A stretch of 64,000 bases of DNA. Origin: Escherichia coli. Lineage in GTDB: Bacteria; Pseudomonadota; Gammaproteobacteria; Enterobacterales; Enterobacteriaceae. The stretch is taken from assembly GCF_016026235.1 (NCBI RefSeq), contig NZ_CP065613.1; one strand, given 5' to 3'. Shown here one piece after another: positions 54,635 through 64,000 of this stretch (positions within the stretch are counted from its first letter, which is position 1; every line of letters starts with the position of its first letter). Position numbers and translations under genes: made by a program. The notes beneath the pieces were generated by a model. It worked only from the letters and a program-made list of their open reading frames with translations. It had not been told where the DNA came from and ran no database searches.

Positions 54635-54659
54635 GGATAAACTCCCCCTCAGTTAAAAA

Positions 54660-56015
54660 TTATTCTGCGAGAACGGCTTTCTCTTGTTTAATAAAACCAC
54701 GCGCTCTACGCCAGGTAATGAAAATACCGGTCAGATAAATTGCGCCGATAATAATGAAACCGGGAATATTTTGCGGGGAGAAAACCTGAATCAGTAACCA
54801 GGTAATGGGAGAACCGCCCTGATCCATTGAAGCCACCATACCCCCGGCTTTTAACGCCCCAGCATTAGCCGCCAGTTGGGTGTGCAAACCAATAGTTTGC
54901 GTCGCGATCCACAGAGTGATGCTCATGATGATGACACCCGAGATTAAGGTGCGGAACAGATTTCCACGATGCACGGCGACTGCCATCGCCACAAAGAAGC
55001 CGATGGTGGCAAGATCGCCAAACGGCAGCACCTGATTACCCGGAACACAAACAGCAATTAAAATGGTGAGCGGGATAAAAATCAGGCTTGCCGATACCAC
55101 CGCCGTATGCCCCAGCAGTAATGCGGGATCCAGGCCAATCAGGAACTCCTGACCGCCGAACTTCGCCTGTAAACGACTACGGGCCTGCTTAGCGATGGGC
55201 GTTAAACCATCCATGATGGGTTTAATCACCCGTGGCATTAGCAGCATCACTGCCGCCGTTTTTACCGCCAGCTGCAATACACCTTTGACATCGTAACCCG
55301 CGAGGATGCCGATAATCAGCCCCATCACAAAACCCACGGTGACAGGCTCGCCAAATGGACCAAATTTGCGCTGAATATCGTCGGCGCTAAATTTAATTCG
55401 GTTAACGCCTGGGATTTTCTCGATGATAGCATCGACCAGCACCGCAATCGGCCCCATATACGCCGACGTACCGTGCGGAATAGCAATACCTTCCAGCTCA
55501 AAGAAATTTCGGGTATCGCGGGCAAACCAGTCGCCGAGCTTATAAACAAACGCCGCGTGAATTACCACACCTGCCATCCCTATCATCCATGAACCGGTTG
55601 CCAGATGCAGCAACGCGCCGGTGAAGGTCATATGCCAGATATTCCAGATATCAACATTTACCACCCGCGTCATACGGGTCAGTAACATCGCCACGTTAAC
55701 CAGAATCGCAATCGGAATCGCCACCAGCGCAATTTGCGACGCCCAGGTCATTGGTGAAGAGCCCGGCCAGCCGACATCGACCACATGCAGATTCAGGTCG
55801 AAATTTTCCGCCATCGCTTTCGCCGCCGGACCAATGGAATCCAGCATTAAGCCAATCACAAGGCCAATGCCAACAAAGCCAATCCCGATATGCAGACCCG
55901 CTTTAAAGCAATCGCCTGCCTTCATGCCTAATATTTTAGAAAAAATAATGATGACAATCGGAAGCATCACCGTAGGGCCGAGGTCGAGAATATAACGCAT
56001 GACTTCTGAAAACAT
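54660..56015 (-). CDS. gatC: PTS galactitol-specific EIIC
   Basis: 451 aa; polytopic membrane protein. Confidence 0.92.
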   Translation of the reverse strand: MFSEVMRYILDLGPTVMLPIVIIIFSKILGMKAGDCFKAGLHIGIGFVGIGLVIGLMLDSIGPAAKAMAENFDLNLHVVDVGWPGSSPMTWASQIALVAIPIAILVNVAMLLTRMTRVVNVDIWNIWHMTFTGALLHLATGSWMIGMAGVVIHAAFVYKLGDWFARDTRNFFELEGIAIPHGTSAYMGPIAVLVDAIIEKIPGVNRIKFSADDIQRKFGPFGEPVTVGFVMGLIIGILAGYDVKGVLQLAVKTAAVMLLMPRVIKPIMDGLTPIAKQARSRLQAKFGGQEFLIGLDPALLLGHTAVVSASLIFIPLTILIAVCVPGNQVLPFGDLATIGFFVAMAVAVHRGNLFRTLISGVIIMSITLWIATQTIGLHTQLAANAGALKAGGMVASMDQGGSPITWLLIQVFSPQNIPGFIIIGAIYLTGIFITWRRARGFIKQEKAVLAE

Positions 56016-56018
56016 AGG

Positions 56019-56303
56019 TCACCCCTGTAAGATAGTCAGAATTTTATTTTGTAATGCTTCGATACCGACACCAGAAATAAAAGGCATGCCGTGAACTAAC
56101 GGAATATCGCCAAAACTACGATCCACTTTGGCAGTGGTGCATATCAAATGCACACCATCCATATAGGTTTCTATTTCATTAACCCGACACTGGATTAATT
56201 CAACAGGAATATTATGATTCTGACACAACTCTTTAATTTCTTCTGCCGCCATCGTAGAGGTCGCAACCGCGCCTCCGCAAGCGACAATAATCTTGCGTTT
56301 CAT
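56019..56303 (-). CDS. gatB: PTS galactitol-specific EIIB
   Basis: 94 aa; [16 protein letters not shown] with phospho-Cys. Confidence 0.92.
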   Translation of the reverse strand: MKRKIIVACGGAVATSTMAAEEIKELCQNHNIPVELIQCRVNEIETYMDGVHLICTTAKVDRSFGDIPLVHGMPFISGVGIEALQNKILTILQG

Positions 56304-56333
56304 AAATAGTCCTTTTTATTGTTACAGAGGGAT

Positions 56334-56786
56334 TTATTCGTCTGAATCTAAAACATACTTTGTGAAGTATTCCTTTAACTGGGTTTCAGGAAGAGTGATT
56401 AGTGTCTCGACGATATCGGGCTGTTGTAACTTGCCAAATAAACAGCGTAAAAGTTTCAATTGCTGCTGCGGATTTTCCACAATCAACGCAATAACCAACG
56501 ATACCTCCACGTCGTTATCATCATCCGCTTGCTGAAAATGAACTTTATTTGTTGGCCTTAACAGATAAATGGCTGACGACTTAGCATGAATCGCCTCACA
56601 ATGCGGTATTGCAATGGCGTGCTGCTCAAGCATTATCCCGGTAGGGAATTCTGCTTCTCTGGCAATTAATGCCTGTGGCCAGGTATCATGAACCACACCT
56701 TTGGCGAGCATCTCATTACCGATATGGGTTAAAACTTCGCTACGATCGACAAAAGAAATTCCGCTACGAACAAACAGGTTAGTCAT
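56334..56786 (-). CDS. gatA: PTS galactitol-specific EIIA
   Basis: 150 aa; EIIA (mannitol/fructose type). Confidence 0.92.
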   Translation of the reverse strand: MTNLFVRSGISFVDRSEVLTHIGNEMLAKGVVHDTWPQALIAREAEFPTGIMLEQHAIAIPHCEAIHAKSSAIYLLRPTNKVHFQQADDDNDVEVSLVIALIVENPQQQLKLLRCLFGKLQQPDIVETLITLPETQLKEYFTKYVLDSDE

Positions 56787-56795
56787 ATACCGTCC

Positions 56796-58995
<2,200 letters not shown>

Positions 58996-59108
58996 TTAAA
59001 TATCGAGATAACGATCACAAAAACGACAATATGAAAATTGTTCGAGGAGTGAAAGGCAAAAAAACGGCCTCCCGATAGGGAAGCCGTAGCAAAGTGCGCG
59101 TGTTTTTA

Positions 59109-59222
59109 TGCCGGATGCGGTGTAAACATACGTGGCAGTGCTATGTAGGCATGATAAGACGCTTCCGCGTCGCATCAGGCATAGGTTGCCGGATGCAGTG
59201 TAAACGCCTTATCCGTCCTACG
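59109..59222. repeat. REP/BIME cluster between gatY and fbaB
   Basis: Three REP-like units (GCCGGATGCGGTGTAAAC..., CGCATCAGGCATAGG..., GCCGGATGCAGTGTAAACGCCTTATCCG). Confidence 0.8.
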
Positions 59223-59248
59223 GGGTGGTGTTGTTCGTATAAGGCGTA

Positions 59249-60301
59249 TCAGGCAATAGTAATTTTGCTATCGAGATAAACGTCCTGCACGGCGTTAATC
59301 AGTTTCACGCCGTCAGCCATCGATTTCTTGAACGCCTTACGTCCAAGAATCAGCCCCATTCCGCCAGCGCGTTTGTTGATAACCGCAGTACGCACTGCAT
59401 CACTGAGGTCAGTTTCACCGCCTGCAGCACCGCCGGAGTTTATCAACCCAGCCCGGCCCATATAGCAGTTAGCTAACTGATAACGCACCAGATCAATCGG
59501 GTTTTCGCTGGTTAACTTGCTGTACACGCGATCGTCGGTATAACCGTAATTAATCGCTTTATAGCCGCCGTTATTTTCCGCCATTTTTTGTTTGACGATA
59601 TCTGCGCCGATGGTTGCCGCCAGATGGTTTGCCTGACCGGTCAGGTCGGCGGAAACATGGTAATCAACGCCATCTTTCTTAAAGGCGGAGTTACGCAAAT
59701 AGGCCCACAGCACGGTCACCATGCCCAGCTCATGCGCACGTTCAAAAGCCGCAGAAATTTCTTCAATCTGGCGACGTGACTCTTCCGAGCCAAAATAGAT
59801 AGTCGCACCAACCGCCACCGCGCCCATGTTGAAAGCCTGCTCCACGCTGGCATACAGCGTTTGATCGTAGGTATTCGGGTAACTTAGCGTCTCGTTGTGA
59901 TTAAGTTTGACGAGAAATGGAATGCGATGCGCATAGCGCCGCGATACCGACGCCAACACGCCGTAAGTTGATGCCACACAGTTACAGCCCGCTTCGATCG
60001 CCAGTTCAACAATGTTTTTCGGGTCAAAGTAGAGCGGGTTAGCAGCAAATGAAGCTCCGGCAGAGTGCTCAACGCCCTGGTCAACCGGCAGAATAGAAAG
60101 ATATCCTGTGCCAGCCAGACGCCCGGTGTTGTACAACGTCTGCATATTACGTAACACCGCTGGCGGGCGATTATTGTCAATCATTACGCGGTCTACGTAG
60201 TCATGTCCGGGGAGATAAAGCTGGTCAGAAGGAATTGTCATACAACGGTGCTGTAAAAGGTTGTCGGCGTCTTTGCCAAGCAACTGCGCAATATCTGTCA
60301 T
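59249..60301 (-). CDS. fbaB: Fructose-bisphosphate aldolase class I
   Basis: ORF track 59249..60373; start trimmed to [16 protein letters not shown]. Confidence 0.9.
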
Positions 60302-60557
60302 TACTATGCTCCCGTAAATTCCGATTGGATATCGGCTATGGATTGTCCTGGCCCGCCTTTTGCGGGCAATCATAATCCTGGTCGTTACGGGCGAGTTTTT
60401 CCATCTTTTGGATGTTTTTTCAGCGTTTTCTGTTGGCTCGATTCATCAGAAAAAATGTTAGCGCGGTCAAGTTTTCACCGTAAAGGCATTTAAAAGGTAT
60501 TATTAAGTGGTATTGTCATCGCGTACCTTACATTACCTGTCATGAAGGAATTAAAAG

Positions 60558-61835
60558 ATGAAAACAACAGCAAAGCTGTCGTTCATGATGTTTGTTGAAT
60601 GGTTTATCTGGGGCGCGTGGTTTGTGCCATTGTGGTTGTGGTTAAGTAAAAGCGGTTTTAGTGCCGGAGAAATTGGCTGGTCGTATGCCTGTACCGCCAT
60701 TGCGGCGATCCTGTCGCCAATTCTGGTTGGCTCCATCACTGACCGCTTTTTCTCGGCGCAAAAAGTGCTGGCGGTATTGATGTTCGCAGGCGCGCTGCTG
60801 ATGTATTTCGCTGCGCAACAGACCACTTTTGCCGGGTTCTTTCCGTTACTGCTGGCTTACTCTCTAACCTATATGCCGACCATTGCGCTGACTAACAGCA
60901 TCGCTTTTGCCAACGTGCCGGATGTGGAGCGTGATTTCCCGCGCATTCGTGTGATGGGCACTATCGGCTGGATTGCCTCCGGTCTGGCATGTGGTTTCTT
61001 GCCGCAAATACTGGGGTATGCCGATATCTCACCGACTAACATCCCGCTGCTGATTACCGCCGGAAGTTCTGCTCTGCTCGGTGTGTTTGCGTTTTTCCTG
61101 CCCGACACGCCACCAAAAAGCACCGGCAAAATGGATATTAAAGTCATGCTCGGCCTGGATGCGCTGATCCTGCTGCGCGATAAAAACTTCCTCGTCTTTT
61201 TCTTCTGTTCATTCCTGTTTGCGATGCCACTGGCGTTCTATTACATCTTTGCCAACGGTTATCTGACCGAAGTCGGCATGAAAAATGCCACCGGCTGGAT
61301 GACGCTCGGCCAGTTCTCTGAAATATTCTTTATGCTGGCATTACCGTTTTTCACTAAACGCTTTGGTATCAAAAAGGTATTATTTCTTGGTCTGGTCACC
61401 GCTGCGATCCGCTATGGCTTCTTTATTTACGGTAGTGCGGATGAATATTTCACCTACGCGTTACTGTTCCTCGGTATTTTGCTTCACGGCGTAAGTTACG
61501 ATTTTTACTACGTTACCGCTTACATCTATGTCGATAAAAAAGCCCCCGTGCATATGCGTACCGCCGCGCAGGGGCTGATCACGCTCTGCTGCCAGGGCTT
61601 CGGCAGTTTGCTCGGCTATCGTCTTGGCGGTGTGATGATGGAAAAGATGTTCGCTTATCAGGAACCGGTAAACGGACTGACTTTCAACTGGTCCGGGATG
61701 TGGACTTTTGGCGCGGTGATGATTGCCATTATCGCCGTGCTGTTCATGATTTTTTTCCGCGAATCCGACAACGAAATTACGGCTATCAAGGTCGATGATC
61801 GCGATATTGCGTTGACACAAGGGGAAGTTAAATGA
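60558..61835 (+). CDS. yegT: MFS nucleoside transporter family protein
   Basis: 425 aa; 12-TM MFS. Confidence 0.88.
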   Translation: MKTTAKLSFMMFVEWFIWGAWFVPLWLWLSKSGFSAGEIGWSYACTAIAAILSPILVGSITDRFFSAQKVLAVLMFAGALLMYFAAQQTTFAGFFPLLLAYSLTYMPTIALTNSIAFANVPDVERDFPRIRVMGTIGWIASGLACGFLPQILGYADISPTNIPLLITAGSSALLGVFAFFLPDTPPKSTGKMDIKVMLGLDALILLRDKNFLVFFFCSFLFAMPLAFYYIFANGYLTEVGMKNATGWMTLGQFSEIFFMLALPFFTKRFGIKKVLFLGLVTAAIRYGFFIYGSADEYFTYALLFLGILLHGVSYDFYYVTAYIYVDKKAPVHMRTAAQGLITLCCQGFGSLLGYRLGGVMMEKMFAYQEPVNGLTFNWSGMWTFGAVMIAIIAVLFMIFFRESDNEITAIKVDDRDIALTQGEVK

Positions 61836-62836
61836 AAACAGAACGTATTCTCGGTGCTCTTTATGGGCAGGCGTTAGGGGATGCGATGGGGATGCCCTCC
61901 GAGCTTTGGCCACGCAGCCGCGTTAAAGCACACTTTGGCTGGATTGACCGTTTTCTGCCTGGACCAAAGGAGAATAACGCGGCCTGTTATTTTAACCGCG
62001 CCGAATTCACCGACGATACCTCGATGGCGCTGTGTCTGGCGGATGCGTTGCTGGAACGTAAAGGCAAGATCGATCCGGATCTGATTGGGCGTAATATCCT
62101 CGACTGGGCGCTGCGTTTCGACGCCTTCAACAAAAACGTGCTAGGTCCGACCTCGAAGATTGCGCTTAACGCCATTCGCGACGGTAAACCCGTTGCTGAA
62201 CTGGAAAACAACGGCGTAACCAACGGCGCAGCGATGCGCGTCTCGCCATTAGGTTGTTTGCTTCCGGCGCGCGATGTTGATTCCTTTATTGATGATGTGG
62301 CGCTGGCGTCGAGCCCGACCCATAAATCCGATCTGGCAGTTGCAGGTGCGGTAGTCATCGTATGGGCGATTTCTCGTGCTATTGACGGAGAAAGCTGGTC
62401 AGCGATTGTTGATTCACTGCCTTCAATTGCGCGACATGCCCAGCAAAAACGCACCACCACGTTCAGCGCCTCACTGGCGGCGCGGCTGGAGATTGCGCTG
62501 AAAATTGTGCGCAATGCCGACGGCACCGAATCCGCCAGCGAACAGCTTTACCAGGTCGTTGGCGCAGGTACCAGCACTATTGAGTCCGTTCCGTGCGCCA
62601 TTGCGCTGGTTGAACTGGCACAAACCGACCCGAACCGTTGCGCCGTCCTCTGCGCTAACCTTGGCGGCGATACAGACACCATCGGTGCTATGGCGACGGC
62701 AATCTGCGGCGCGTTGCATGGCATTAACGCTATCGATCCTGCGTTAAAGGCGGAGCTGGATGCGGTAAATCAGCTTGATTTCAACCGCTATGCCACAGCG
62801 CTGGCGAAATATCGTCAACAACGGGAGGCGGTATGA
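61832..62836 (+). CDS. yegU: ADP-ribosylglycohydrolase-family protein
   Basis: 334 aa; N-terminal GQALGDAMGMPSE typical of the ADP-ribosylglycohydrolase fold. Confidence 0.85.
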   Translation: MKTERILGALYGQALGDAMGMPSELWPRSRVKAHFGWIDRFLPGPKENNAACYFNRAEFTDDTSMALCLADALLERKGKIDPDLIGRNILDWALRFDAFNKNVLGPTSKIALNAIRDGKPVAELENNGVTNGAAMRVSPLGCLLPARDVDSFIDDVALASSPTHKSDLAVAGAVVIVWAISRAIDGESWSAIVDSLPSIARHAQQKRTTTFSASLAARLEIALKIVRNADGTESASEQLYQVVGAGTSTIESVPCAIALVELAQTDPNRCAVLCANLGGDTDTIGAMATAICGALHGINAIDPALKAELDAVNQLDFNRYATALAKYRQQREAV

Positions 62837-63798
62837 GCGGCGCTCGATTACACACGCTGCTGCCTGAATTAACCACGCGTCAGTCGGTGATGGTCGTCGG
62901 CGCGGCGGTCATTGACGTGATCGCCGACGCTTATGCCCTCCCCTGGCGTGGGTGCGATATCGAACTGAAACAGCAGAGCGTTAACGTTGGCGGCTGCGCA
63001 CTGAATATTGCCGTGGCGTTAAAGCGCCTCGGCATCGAAGCGGGTAATGCCTTGCCGCTCGGTCAGGGGGTATGGGCGGAGATTATTCGCAACCGGATGG
63101 CGAAAGAGGGGTTAATCAGCCTGATCGATAACGCCGAAGGCGATAACGGCTGGTGTCTGGCGCTGGTTGAGCCGGATGGCGAACGTACTTTTATGTCATT
63201 CAGCGGTGTGGAAAATCAGTGGAATCGCCAGTGGCTGGCGCGATTAACCGTTGCGCCTGGCAACCTGCTCTATTTTTCCGGTTATCAACTGGCCTCGCCC
63301 TGCGGCGAATTGTTAGTGGAATGGCTGGAAGAGCTGCAAGACGTGACGCCGTTTATCGATTTTGGCCCACGTATTGGCGATATCCCGGACGCATTACTGG
63401 CGCGGATCATGGCCTGTCGACCTTTAGTGTCACTCAATCGTCAAGAGGCTGAGATTGCCGCCGAACGTTTTGCTTTATCCGCAGAGATAACAACACTTGG
63501 CAAGCAATGGCAGGAGAAATTTGCCGCGCCGTTGATCGTTCGTCTCGATAAAGAAGGCGCATGGTATTTCAGCAACGACGCTTCTGGCTGCATTCCGGCA
63601 TTTCCAACGCAAGTTGTCGACACCATTGGGGCGGGCGACAGTCATGCCGGTGGCGTACTTGCCGGGCTGGCCTCTGGTCTGCCACTGGCGGATGCCGTAT
63701 TACTGGGCAATGCAGTGGCGTCGTGGGTTGTCGGGCATCGGGGCGGTGATTGTGCGCCAACGCGCGAGGAACTACTCCTCGCACACAAAAACGTATAG
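62833..63798 (+). CDS. yegV: PfkB-family sugar/nucleoside kinase
   Basis: 321 aa; C-terminal PfkB motif DTIGAGDSHAGG. Confidence 0.85.
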   Translation: MSGARLHTLLPELTTRQSVMVVGAAVIDVIADAYALPWRGCDIELKQQSVNVGGCALNIAVALKRLGIEAGNALPLGQGVWAEIIRNRMAKEGLISLIDNAEGDNGWCLALVEPDGERTFMSFSGVENQWNRQWLARLTVAPGNLLYFSGYQLASPCGELLVEWLEELQDVTPFIDFGPRIGDIPDALLARIMACRPLVSLNRQEAEIAAERFALSAEITTLGKQWQEKFAAPLIVRLDKEGAWYFSNDASGCIPAFPTQVVDTIGAGDSHAGGVLAGLASGLPLADAVLLGNAVASWVVGHRGGDCAPTREELLLAHKNV

Positions 63799-64000
63799 AT
63801 CGCTGCGACAGTGGCTAATGCTGTACTCAATAGGCCGTTGCTGTTGGTCAAGCGCCACTTGCTTGATCACCAGCACCGGTATTTTGCTATCTAACTGAAT
63901 ATGTGACTGAAACTCGGCATCCGGCATCCGGGCGCTAACGCGGGAACGCGTACGTTGTGGGTAAATGTGCTGGCTGCGGAAATAGTCATAAAGTGAAATC
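63772..64000 (-). CDS. yegW: GntR/HutC-family transcriptional regulator, C-terminal part (N-terminus beyond window end)
   Basis: Minus-strand frame ends ...YSISHCRSDLYVFVCEE with stop at 63772-63774; overlaps the yegV 3' end by 27 nt. Not in the ORF track because the start is outside the window. Confidence 0.65.
   Translation of the reverse strand, partial: ISLYDYFRSQHIYPQRTRSRVSARMPDAEFQSHIQLDSKIPVLVIKQVALDQQQRPIEYSISHCRSDLYVFVCEE

Overview
This window reads as a contiguous stretch of Escherichia coli chromosome, identified by recognising the encoded proteins against recalled K-12 sequences; no database search was run. From left to right it holds the colanic-acid capsule cluster (wcaJ partial, cpsG, cpsB, wcaI, gmm, fcl, gmd, wcaF-wcaA, wzc, wzb, wza, all on the minus strand), then yegH, asmA, dcd, udk, dgcE(yegE), alkA, yegD, the yegL-pphC(yegK)-yegI vWA/PP2C/kinase operon, the ibsA/sibA and ibsB/sibB type I toxin-antitoxin repeats, mdtABCD-baeSR, yegP, yegQ(trhP), the sRNA cyaR, yegR, yegS, gatR, the gatYZABCD operon, fbaB, yegTUV and the 3' end of yegW. 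On this backbone sit four accessory features: two near-identical 1294-bp IS10-like (IS4-family) elements in direct orientation, one inside the sibB antitoxin RNA unit and one between gatC and gatD; a 1426-bp IS4 copy 36 bp upstream of yegP; and a ParD/ParE-type toxin-antitoxin pair between yegP and yegQ that I do not recall from K-12. No CRISPR array, tRNA or rRNA gene is present. I found no sequence evidence for a wholly undescribed system; the most system-like candidates are the parDE pair and the yegL-pphC-yegI module, both of which map to known families. Start codons are inferred from homologue N-termini and ribosome-binding sites; all comparisons with K-12 are from memory.
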